This document shows positions 20,554-29,244 of a DNA stretch of 64,000 nt, one piece after another. Below the pieces are notes generated by a model, which searched no databases, was not told the origin of the DNA, and saw only the letters and a program-made list of their open reading frames with translations. Both the position numbers and the translations under genes were made by a program. Positions within the stretch are counted from its first letter, which is position 1; each line of letters opens with the position of its first letter. Source of the DNA: Candidatus Poribacteria bacterium (GTDB taxonomy: Bacteria > Poribacteria > WGA-4E > WGA-3G); contig OZ243938.1 in NCBI GenBank assembly GCA_965214095.1, forward strand, positions 4,224,001 to 4,288,000, given 5' to 3'.

Positions 20554-20599
20554 ATGCTTGTAGTTGCTAATCACTGGTAACTACAAGCATTCTTCTTTT
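20554..20599 (+). terminator. Rho-independent terminator-like hairpin
   Basis: ATGCTTGTAGTTGC..GGTAACTACAAGCAT followed by a T-rich tract. Confidence 0.55.
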
Positions 20600-20647
20600 G
20601 CTTACATCAGAATTGATGGTTAGTAAATAATCTGAATAGGAGCAAGA

Positions 20648-21505
20648 ATGGGTACAGACACAACATCCGAAGAACGACAATTCGGACTAACTCCTGAAGA
20701 AAAATCATCTTGGGAGGAGAACGGATATTTTGTCCGCAATGATGTTTTTACAAAAAAAGAAAATGACATTATCGCAAATATCGCAGATGAAATTGCTGAA
20801 CGAAAAAGAACTTTTCCAGAATATCATATATTTGAAAATGCTTTAGTATTAGATGGTAAAGTTGAAGAATCTGGTATCTATGCGATGCATAATATCCAAT
20901 ATGTAAGTTGTAACTGTCAAGAATTCCTTGAACGCACACGCGACACACGTCTTACGGATCCAGTAGTTGATATTCTCGGTCCAGATATACTCGGACTCAA
21001 CAATCTTTATATTTGGAAACCACCAAAAATTGGGTTAGGTTTCCCGTGGCATCAAGATAAATGGTATTTCAACCATCAATATAAAACGGGAACTACTGTT
21101 GCTACATGGACTGCTATTGATGATGCAGATGTAGAAAATGGGTGTCTATATGTTATACCTGGAAGTCATAAGCATGAAGTCTATGATCATTTAAAGATGG
21201 ATGGTTCACAACAAGGAGAGTTCAGACAAGCAGCAGGGGTTCGCGATGAAGATGGTGTTCCAGTGGAAGCACCTGCTGGTGCTGTCATCTGGTTTAATAG
21301 CCAAGTCCTACATAAAAGCACAGATAACGACAGTGATCGCTTCAGACGTTCAAATGTTGCACACTATATTGACGCACGAACTGAATGGATACGTCCTGAA
21401 GCAATAAATATCAAACGTCCTCCCATGTGGATACGCGGGAAAACCTATCCCGGTATGGAAAAAGAAGTTCAATGGGATGTAATTCCAATTATTGAATCTG
21501 ATTAG
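20648..21505 (+). CDS. Phytanoyl-CoA dioxygenase family (Fe/2-OG) protein
   Basis: PWHQD, NGCLYVIPGSH, LHKS..R. Confidence 0.88.
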   Translation: MGTDTTSEERQFGLTPEEKSSWEENGYFVRNDVFTKKENDIIANIADEIAERKRTFPEYHIFENALVLDGKVEESGIYAMHNIQYVSCNCQEFLERTRDTRLTDPVVDILGPDILGLNNLYIWKPPKIGLGFPWHQDKWYFNHQYKTGTTVATWTAIDDADVENGCLYVIPGSHKHEVYDHLKMDGSQQGEFRQAAGVRDEDGVPVEAPAGAVIWFNSQVLHKSTDNDSDRFRRSNVAHYIDARTEWIRPEAINIKRPPMWIRGKTYPGMEKEVQWDVIPIIESD

Positions 21506-21527
21506 CAGTAAGTAAGGTTGATCAATT

Positions 21528-22505
21528 ATGAATTTAGTACCAAAAGAGTTTATCCGTGTTTTACCAGATATTCTTAGAGACTTTATTGGTGAAATTTTCC
21601 AGAATGCAGGTGTTTCACAAGCAGATGCTGTCCACATATCAAACCTACTTGTTCAAACGGATCTGCGCGGTGTGTTTAGTCATGGCACGCGTCAGACCCC
21701 CGGTTATGTTGGAATGATGCTTGATGGAAAGGTTAATCCAAAACCAAATGTGCAATGCCTTGATGAATCACCGACAACTGCAGTCTTTGATGGTGATGGG
21801 GGAATGGGACACTTTGCCTCTTATCAAGCAGCAGAGGCAGCAGTCAATAAGGCAAAAGAGATGGGAATGGGAGCGGCAACGAGCCGAAATCACTTCCATT
21901 TTGGTAGTGCTGGCAAGTATACGCGACTCGCTCTTGAAGTGGATTGTGTTGGGTTTGCGGTGTCTTGTCATCGATTTAGACATGGTTCTGGTGGAACAAT
22001 CATCAATGCGACTGGAGCGTCTCCAATGAGTTTTGCCATTCCAGCAGGAAATCAACCACCCATAGTCGTTGATATGGCAATAGGTATTGATGCAAGACTA
22101 CCATTAGACCAGGCTTTTGAAAATAGTCCGGCGGCTTTTTTTAAGATGTTGGGTTTAAGTCATGTAAGTCATGCGCTTGGCGGTTTTATGGCAGGAATAT
22201 GGTTGTTTGACAAACCCCCAGATCCACCAACAATCTGGGAAGGTGCTAATCAAGGTGCATTCATTGCTGCATTTGATATTTCACGGTTCCGACCAATTGA
22301 TGAGTTTAAGGCTGAGATTGACCAACATATCCAAGATGCACGACAGATGCAACCTGCCCCGGGTTATGACAGAGCTGACCTACCGGGAGGCTTAGAATGG
22401 GAACGTGAACAGGAATGGACTGAAATCGGTATTCCCATAGGAACTGATCACCAACAACAGTTGAAAAATGTTGCTGAACGGGTTGGTGTTCCTGTACCAT
22501 TCTAA
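21528..22505 (+). CDS. Ldh_2 (malate/L-lactate/sulfolactate-type) oxidoreductase
   Basis: TDLRGVFSHG, DGDGGMG, NHFHFG, DMA, LPG. Confidence 0.85.
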   Translation: MNLVPKEFIRVLPDILRDFIGEIFQNAGVSQADAVHISNLLVQTDLRGVFSHGTRQTPGYVGMMLDGKVNPKPNVQCLDESPTTAVFDGDGGMGHFASYQAAEAAVNKAKEMGMGAATSRNHFHFGSAGKYTRLALEVDCVGFAVSCHRFRHGSGGTIINATGASPMSFAIPAGNQPPIVVDMAIGIDARLPLDQAFENSPAAFFKMLGLSHVSHALGGFMAGIWLFDKPPDPPTIWEGANQGAFIAAFDISRFRPIDEFKAEIDQHIQDARQMQPAPGYDRADLPGGLEWEREQEWTEIGIPIGTDHQQQLKNVAERVGVPVPF

Positions 22506-22536
22506 TCCAAACAACAAGTATATCAGAGGAGATTTA

Positions 22537-23400
22537 ATGGACACAGATACTTCATCAGAAGAGAGAAAGTATAGGCTAACCCCTGAAGAACAGTCATCTT
22601 GGGAGGAAAACGGTTATTTTATTCGTTATGATGTTTTTAAGAAAGAAGAAAATGATGTGTTACGTCAAATCGCTGATGAAATAGCTGAAAGAAAACGTCC
22701 TTTCCCAGCAGCAAATGTGCACCATAATGCCTTAGTTAGAGATGGTAAAGTTGAGGCATCTGGTATCCACGCGATGCATTGTATTCACCATATCAACCAT
22801 TATTCTCCTGAATTCCTGACACGAACACGGGATCCGCGTCTAACAGATCCTGTTGTGGACTTAATAGGTGAAAATATACTGGGGCTCAATAATCTGTATA
22901 TATGGAAACCACCAGAAATCGGATTAGGCTTCCCGTGGCATCAAGACAAATGGTATTTTAACCGAAACTATATTACAGAAAGCACTGTCGGTACGTGGTC
23001 AGCTTTTGATGCAGCAGATCGTGATAATGGGTGTTTATATGTTATCCCCGGTAGTCATAAATATGGCGTACTTGAACATGAAGACCTTGATGGAGCACAA
23101 CAGAATGAGTTTAAGGTAGCGCGCGATGCAAGAGACGAAGATGGTGTCGCGGTTGAAGTGCCACCGGGAGCGGTTGTGTGGTTCAACAATTCTATCCTAC
23201 ACAAAAGCACTGATAACAAAAGCAAGCGTTTCAGACGTTGTAGTGTCGCACATTATATCGGTGCAGATTCTGAACGACTCCCCAAAAAACAAGCAATTAA
23301 AGTCCGACCTGTAATGTGGGTGCGCGGTGATACACATTCAGAAAAAATGGAACCAGTCCACCACGATGTCTTACCTTTCCCTGAAGATTTGGAGGACTAA
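22537..23400 (+). CDS. Phytanoyl-CoA dioxygenase family protein
   Basis: PWHQD, NGCLYVIPGSH, LHKS; ATG 22537 after GAGGAG. Confidence 0.88.
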   Translation: MDTDTSSEERKYRLTPEEQSSWEENGYFIRYDVFKKEENDVLRQIADEIAERKRPFPAANVHHNALVRDGKVEASGIHAMHCIHHINHYSPEFLTRTRDPRLTDPVVDLIGENILGLNNLYIWKPPEIGLGFPWHQDKWYFNRNYITESTVGTWSAFDAADRDNGCLYVIPGSHKYGVLEHEDLDGAQQNEFKVARDARDEDGVAVEVPPGAVVWFNNSILHKSTDNKSKRFRRCSVAHYIGADSERLPKKQAIKVRPVMWVRGDTHSEKMEPVHHDVLPFPEDLED

Positions 23401-24254
23401 TGGAACACCACAAATCAATGCCAAGTGAATTTGCTATGACACCCGATGAACTTTCTTTTTGGGATGAAAACGGATACATTGTCCGATATGACGTTTTCAC
23501 AGAAGAAGAAAACGATGTTCTCCGTCAGATTGCTGATGACATCGCTAATGGAAAAAGACCTTTCCCCGCAGATAATATAAACCAAAATGCATTAGTTAGA
23601 GATGGTAAAGTTGAAGCATCCGGTATCCAGGCGATGCACAAAATCCATCATGTAAGTGTTTATATCCCTGAATTTCTTGCGCGTGTTCGCGACCCGAGAC
23701 TAACCGACCCCATTGTTGATTTACTCGGACCAAATATACTCGGACTCGGCAATCTGTATATCTGGAAATCTCCAAAGATTGGTTTGGGTTTCCCGTGGCA
23801 TCAAGATAAATGGTATTTTAACTGGCAATATAAAACCGAGATGACAGTCGGGACGTGGACTGCAATTGATGCTGCCGACAAAGACAATGGATGTTTATAT
23901 GTTATACCGGGTAGTCACAAGTTAGGTATACTCAAACATGAGGACTTAGAGGGTCCACAGCAAAATGAGTTCAAAATTGCTCGTGATGCAAAGGACGAAG
24001 ATGGAGTTGCAGTTGAAGTGCCACCGGGTGCGGTTATTTGGTTCAACAACCAACTATTACACAAAAGCACTGATAATCACAGCCTACGTTTTAGGCGGTG
24101 TAACGTCGCACATTATATCAGTGCAAACGCAGAACGTATACCTAAGAAAGAGGGGGCTAATATACGTCCTGTGATGTGGGTCCGTGGTGATACTTACTCA
24201 GAAAAGATGGAACCAGTAATTCGTGACACTTTACCGATTCCAGATGCTGAATAA
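23400..24254 (+). CDS. Phytanoyl-CoA dioxygenase family protein
   Basis: PWHQD, NGCLYVIPGSH, LHKS; paralogue of the two upstream genes. Confidence 0.88.
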   Translation: MEHHKSMPSEFAMTPDELSFWDENGYIVRYDVFTEEENDVLRQIADDIANGKRPFPADNINQNALVRDGKVEASGIQAMHKIHHVSVYIPEFLARVRDPRLTDPIVDLLGPNILGLGNLYIWKSPKIGLGFPWHQDKWYFNWQYKTEMTVGTWTAIDAADKDNGCLYVIPGSHKLGILKHEDLEGPQQNEFKIARDAKDEDGVAVEVPPGAVIWFNNQLLHKSTDNHSLRFRRCNVAHYISANAERIPKKEGANIRPVMWVRGDTYSEKMEPVIRDTLPIPDAE

Positions 24255-24340
24255 ACAGCAAAGCTATATGTTTTTTGCACTACTCCCAAGAAATAATACC
24301 ATTTCTAAATAATACCTTCTCACTATCACAATAGTTGTAA

Positions 24341-24467
24341 TCGTGCAACTCATACTACCTCTTACATTAATAGTAGTAGGCACGCTCCGCGTGCCGTCTA
24401 TCTGTCGTGCAACTTATACCACCTCTTACATTAATAGTAGTAGGCACGCTCCGCGTGCCGTCTATCT
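24341..24467 (+). repeat. Two tandem 64-bp units, each with a GTAG-type REP hairpin
   Basis: TCGTGCAACT..CCTCTTACATTAATAGTAGTAGGCACGCTCCGCGTGCCGTCTATCT twice, period 64. Confidence 0.85.
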
Positions 24468-24637
24468 TCTGAATAACACCTTGAAACTTCAAACTCTTAT
24501 CCTGGAAATCTACTAATCCTGCAAATCCTGGTTCAGACAAATCTAATCAAAATCTACCATAATCCTATTAAGCATCTACACTTTTTCTTTGACATTGACA
24601 ACTCACATCAATATACTTGCAAGTACTTGGATATGCT

Positions 24638-24755
24638 TATACCATTTCTATAAATGTTTATCCCATTAACAATTTGTTAAGAATGTCTTGTAGGATGGCA
24701 CAAACTGGCAGTTTGTGCTACAAAAATGCAGCGTTCTCTATTAGAAATGGTATTA
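24638..24755. mobile_element. ~118-bp MITE-like element (copy 1) with internal REP hairpin
   Basis: TIR TACCATTTCTA/TAGAAATGGTA in TA-rich flanks; internal GCACAAACT-GGC-AGTTTGTGC-TAC. Confidence 0.7.
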
Positions 24756-24797
24756 TTATGATTTCATCACATTAGAAAGAAATATCTGGAGGATTAT

Positions 24798-26549
24798 ATG
24801 CCTAAATTCCCTATAAGAATAATCGTAGTTGTTATATTACATTTCATTATACTCAGTCCAGTTGTATCTACAAAAGCACAGAAACCTGATTTTCCTGAAG
24901 GGATGCCAATTGTAGAACGTCCCTTTACAGACGATCCAGAAAAATTTACTTTTGCAATCATTGGAGACAAAACAGGTGGTGGATTGAATAAATGGCACAT
25001 TTTTGACCGATCCATAGATGAGATCAACACCCTGAAACCTGACTTTGCTATCATGGTTGGGGATCTTATCCAAGGGGATACATCTGACAAGGGACAATTG
25101 GATACAGAATGGAAGGAATTTTGGGAGCATCAATCTAAATTAAACATCCCATTTCTGCCATTACCTGGGAATCATGACATTACGAATCGTGTTATGTATG
25201 ACTACTGGGTAAAACACATTGGTCGCACCTATTCTGCATTTACATATAAGAACTGTCTTTTTCTTTTACTCAATACAGAGGAATGGCATACGAATAGTGG
25301 TGAATGGACAAATTGGTTTGGAGAGGAACAGATTAAATATGTTCATACGCAACTACAATTATACACTGATGTGCGACATACATTTGTCATGTTACATAGA
25401 CCGCTATGGCTGCAGAAACACTCAGGCTGGGATGAGATTGAAGAAGTACTCGGTGAAAGACCATACACTGTATTTGCAGGACACTATCACAACCTAACAC
25501 TCCATAACCGTAATGATCGTAGATATTTTGTACTCGGTGCAACGGGGGGTGGTTTCACACCACAGGAAGTCAAAGAATATGGTGCATTTGACCACTATAG
25601 TCTTGTCACTGTGGATAATGATGATGTCAATATCGCAATCATAGAACCGGGTAACATACATCCTGCCGACATAGCGACCTCAATGTTCAGAGACAAGGTA
25701 TCCAAGCTACTCAATTTTAAACCTAATTTCAAACTAACAAACTATCAATCTATTTCCAGTGGAAACCTTGAGATAACATTTGAAAACACTCTTGAAAAAC
25801 CGATACAGTTTGATTTAGTGTTTACCCCTAATGAAAAGTGGCAGATCACACCAAACAAACTATCAATTGACACGAAACCCGGTCAAACTTCAAAAACAAA
25901 CGTTACTCTTACGGTGTCATCTGACGATTTCATTCCTTTTCCAATCTACAAATATTCAGTTTTATATGGTGGTGAACAACTGCTAAGTGGAACAAGATTG
26001 TTTCACCCGATTGAAAGAGAACACATGCGTGTGCTAAAAAACTGGATGTTACTCGGTCCATTTGAGCTTGGTTTAAAGAAGGCACCAACCAACACAAAGG
26101 ATGCTCCGCAACAGTTTTTTGAGATACCGATTGAAGAAGTAGACCTTGATGAAGTCTATCAAGGAAAATCAGGAGAAATCGGATGGCAAAAACACATTTC
26201 TGAAATAGAACGGATCAAATTAGATAAACTATTTGGTAATGCTGAGATGGCTTACGGTTATGGGGTTACCTATATCAAGAGTCCATCAGAAAAACGAGTA
26301 TTTGCACAAATGGGTTGGGGGAGTAACCTCGGTAAATTATTTCTTAACGGCGAAGAGATTCATGACGCTGCGATCCCCGGTGAAAATCTGTATTCGTGGT
26401 GGGCACATTTTGAAATGACATTGAAGGAAGGTTGGAACACATTGACAGTTCTGTCTGCAGATTATAATGGATGGTGGGATTTTCGCATGGAGATTGCTGA
26501 TCCTGCTGATGAGTTAATGTTTAGTTCTCAACCAAAAGAAACTGAATAA
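24798..26549 (+). CDS. Secreted calcineurin-like metallophosphoesterase with C-terminal extension
   Basis: Signal peptide; GD, GDL, GNHD, H, GHYH motifs. Confidence 0.85.
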   Translation: MPKFPIRIIVVVILHFIILSPVVSTKAQKPDFPEGMPIVERPFTDDPEKFTFAIIGDKTGGGLNKWHIFDRSIDEINTLKPDFAIMVGDLIQGDTSDKGQLDTEWKEFWEHQSKLNIPFLPLPGNHDITNRVMYDYWVKHIGRTYSAFTYKNCLFLLLNTEEWHTNSGEWTNWFGEEQIKYVHTQLQLYTDVRHTFVMLHRPLWLQKHSGWDEIEEVLGERPYTVFAGHYHNLTLHNRNDRRYFVLGATGGGFTPQEVKEYGAFDHYSLVTVDNDDVNIAIIEPGNIHPADIATSMFRDKVSKLLNFKPNFKLTNYQSISSGNLEITFENTLEKPIQFDLVFTPNEKWQITPNKLSIDTKPGQTSKTNVTLTVSSDDFIPFPIYKYSVLYGGEQLLSGTRLFHPIEREHMRVLKNWMLLGPFELGLKKAPTNTKDAPQQFFEIPIEEVDLDEVYQGKSGEIGWQKHISEIERIKLDKLFGNAEMAYGYGVTYIKSPSEKRVFAQMGWGSNLGKLFLNGEEIHDAAIPGENLYSWWAHFEMTLKEGWNTLTVLSADYNGWWDFRMEIADPADELMFSSQPKETE

Positions 26550-26591
26550 TATCGTTGGTGTTCCTGTCTGAACCATTATTTACCAAACGTT

Positions 26592-26635
26592 GCGGTGTGA
26601 AAGCCAAAGTCTTTAGATTTGGGCTTTCACACCGC
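26592..26635. terminator. Long hairpin between convergent genes; core resembles an IS200/IS605 end
   Basis: GCGGTGTGAAAGCCAAAGTC-TTTA-GATTTGGGCTTTCACACCGC. Confidence 0.55.
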
Positions 26636-26647
26636 CAAAAACCTTAT

Positions 26648-26764
26648 TATACCGTTTCTAATAGAAAACTTCGCATTTTTGTAGCACAAACTGCCAGTTT
26701 GTGTGCTCCTTCAAGACATTCTTAACAAATATTAATGGGATAAACATTCATAGAAATGGTATTA
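26648..26764. mobile_element. ~117-bp MITE-like element (copy 2, inverted relative to copy 1)
   Basis: Reverse complement aligns end-to-end with 24638-24755; TIR TACCGTTTCTA/TAGAAATGGTA. Confidence 0.7.
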
Positions 26765-26785
26765 CACAAAATTATGAAAGACTCT

Positions 26786-27862
26786 TTAGTATTCAAAAGG
26801 AAAGGTAACAGGCGCACCGTTGTTGGCACAGGAACGTCCCATAGCAACGTCAATTTCTCTGTCTTTACGTCCATTATATGCACCATATTCCGGTTCCGTG
26901 TCATTGCGGACAGCATTTGCAATGCTCATAAGTTCAGAGGCAACTGTGATTTCTCCATCACTCAGTGGATAATACTGCAATGGGTTTTCCCATACAACTT
27001 CTGGGTCTGTATCAGCAACAAGTGCAGCAGTTGTTTCATAACCATCAACATTATTCGTTTTACGTGTAATCGTTACAGGACGTTGTGCATCAGCAGCCTC
27101 ATTTAGAATTACAGCATCGTCGCGAAAACACATACCGCGTTCAGCATAAAACTTCGTTCCATTAAAACCGCGTAGTGGAGACCCGTAAGAAAGGCTGGAA
27201 AAGTTGAATATACCAACTGCACCATCTGCAAATTCAATGACTGTATGTAACCAATCCTCTTTCTTTCGGATTGGTTGTCCCTTTCGCCATTCGTGTTCTT
27301 GAACGCTATACGATTTGTTGAAACCGTATACTTGTGTAGGTTCATTGTCAAAACCTACGTAACTGCGGATCAGTCCAATGCCGTGATAGCCGTGACCACG
27401 AAAGTCATTGTAAGCAACGTTTACCTTACCGAATACACCATTGAGGATCATCTCTCGTTTAATTCGCTCAGATGGACGACGATAATAGTTCTCGTTAACC
27501 TCCAACTTTGTGCCGTGTTCTTTGGCTGCTTCAATCATCATGTCTGCACGTTTAAGGTCGGTGTTAATCGGTGTTTCAGTACAATAACTTATCCCGTGTT
27601 GGGAACAGAGAAGTCCGGGCACGTGATTATTGCTTGGTGTTATCACGATGGAGCATACATCTGGATTTTCCTTTTTCAACATCTCTTCGGTATCAGTATA
27701 GGCTGGAACATCATACTTTGATCCCTGTTCTGTGACTTTTACTTCGTGAACATCACAGACGGCAACAAGTTGTAAATCTTGAGATAATTTAGAAATAAGT
27801 GGTAGATATGTATTCGTTCCACGGTTACCAGTTCCGATATGTGCAATTTTGACTTTATCCAT
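26786..27862 (-). CDS. Gfo/Idh/MocA family oxidoreductase
   Basis: HIGTGNRG, VAVCD, ETP variant of the EKP motif. Confidence 0.82.
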   Translation of the reverse strand: MDKVKIAHIGTGNRGTNTYLPLISKLSQDLQLVAVCDVHEVKVTEQGSKYDVPAYTDTEEMLKKENPDVCSIVITPSNNHVPGLLCSQHGISYCTETPINTDLKRADMMIEAAKEHGTKLEVNENYYRRPSERIKREMILNGVFGKVNVAYNDFRGHGYHGIGLIRSYVGFDNEPTQVYGFNKSYSVQEHEWRKGQPIRKKEDWLHTVIEFADGAVGIFNFSSLSYGSPLRGFNGTKFYAERGMCFRDDAVILNEAADAQRPVTITRKTNNVDGYETTAALVADTDPEVVWENPLQYYPLSDGEITVASELMSIANAVRNDTEPEYGAYNGRKDREIDVAMGRSCANNGAPVTFPFEY

Positions 27863-27998
27863 CTTATTCTCCTCCAAAGGACTCTACTTGTCAGTAAAAA
27901 CTATTAGACATAGTCACTATTAGCTGCTAATATACCTGTGAGACTATTTTAGCAATTGTTAATCTGAAAAGCAACTGTTTACGTAAAGGAATCACAGC

Positions 27999-29186
27999 AT
28001 GGCAGGTCCATTGGATGGAATAAAGGTATTAGATTTAACAAGAGTTCTTGCTGGACCTTATGCAACGATGATTCTCGGTGATCTCGGAGCCGATGTCATA
28101 AAAATTGAACAACCAGAGACGGGAGATGAATCAAGAAACTTTGGCCCCTTTAAAAACGGATTTAGTCTCTATTTCATGAGTGTAAACCGTGGCAAACGCA
28201 GTGTAACACTAAATCTGAAAACAGAACGTGGTAAAACCATATTCAAACAACTTGTTCAACAGAACGACATAATAGTTGAAAACTTCCGTCCAGGAACTAT
28301 GAAAAAACTGGGTTTGGATTACGATACGCTTTCCGTTGAAAATCCGAAATTGATATATGCTTCCTGTTCAGGCTTTGGACAAACCGGACCTTATGCTGAA
28401 AAGGGTGCGTATGATATGATTATCCAAGGAATGGGTGGAATTATCAGTATAACAGGAGAACCTGATGCATCTCCTGTCAGAGTTGGTACATCTATCAGTG
28501 ATATTACTGCTGCACTCTTTACAACAATCGGTATTCTGTCCGCACTCCATCATCGCAACTCAACAGGTAAAGGTCAGTATATTGATGTTGCAATGTTAGA
28601 CAGTCTTGTAGCCGTATTGGAGAATGCGATTGTGCGTTATGCTGCGACGGGTGATAATCCGCAACCGCTTGGTAGCAGACACCCTGTAATAACGCCATTT
28701 GAAGCATTCAAATCTGCAGATGGACATATTATCATCGCCATCGGAAACGATGTTCTGTGGTCAAAATTCTGTGAATTTGTTGAACGGAAAGACCTGATTA
28801 CAGACCCGCGTTTCAGCACGAATAACAAACGCACCGATAATCACGATGAACTACATCCAATTCTCTCAGAGATTATGTGTCGGAGGACAACAGATGTGTG
28901 GATTGAAGCACTTGAAAATATAGGGGTACCCTGCGGTCCTATCAATACTATTGATAAAGTAGTCAATCATCCACAGGTGCAGGCAAGAGAGATGATAACA
29001 GAGGTGGTACACCAACTCACAGGCTCAGTAGAAGTGCCGGGTGTTCCGATAAAACTTTCTGATACACCCGGAAATGTAGATGCACCAGCACCTAATCTCG
29101 GTGAGCATACTGACGAAGTGTTAATTAAGGACTTGAATTTGACAAGAAATGAAGTAGAATTATTGAGACTTGAAGGGATTGTATAA
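27999..29186 (+). CDS. CaiB/BaiF (family III) CoA-transferase
   Basis: LDLTRVLAGP, NRGKRS, ENFRPG, GFGQTGP, LGEHT. Confidence 0.92.
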   Translation: MAGPLDGIKVLDLTRVLAGPYATMILGDLGADVIKIEQPETGDESRNFGPFKNGFSLYFMSVNRGKRSVTLNLKTERGKTIFKQLVQQNDIIVENFRPGTMKKLGLDYDTLSVENPKLIYASCSGFGQTGPYAEKGAYDMIIQGMGGIISITGEPDASPVRVGTSISDITAALFTTIGILSALHHRNSTGKGQYIDVAMLDSLVAVLENAIVRYAATGDNPQPLGSRHPVITPFEAFKSADGHIIIAIGNDVLWSKFCEFVERKDLITDPRFSTNNKRTDNHDELHPILSEIMCRRTTDVWIEALENIGVPCGPINTIDKVVNHPQVQAREMITEVVHQLTGSVEVPGVPIKLSDTPGNVDAPAPNLGEHTDEVLIKDLNLTRNEVELLRLEGIV

Positions 29187-29244
29187 TCAAACAGTCATCC
29201 TTTTTTGGGATGCTTTAATATATATATATACAAGCGAGAAGATT

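Noticed and set aside
24341-24467. CRISPR array
   Set aside because: Only two units, no unique spacers, no cas genes
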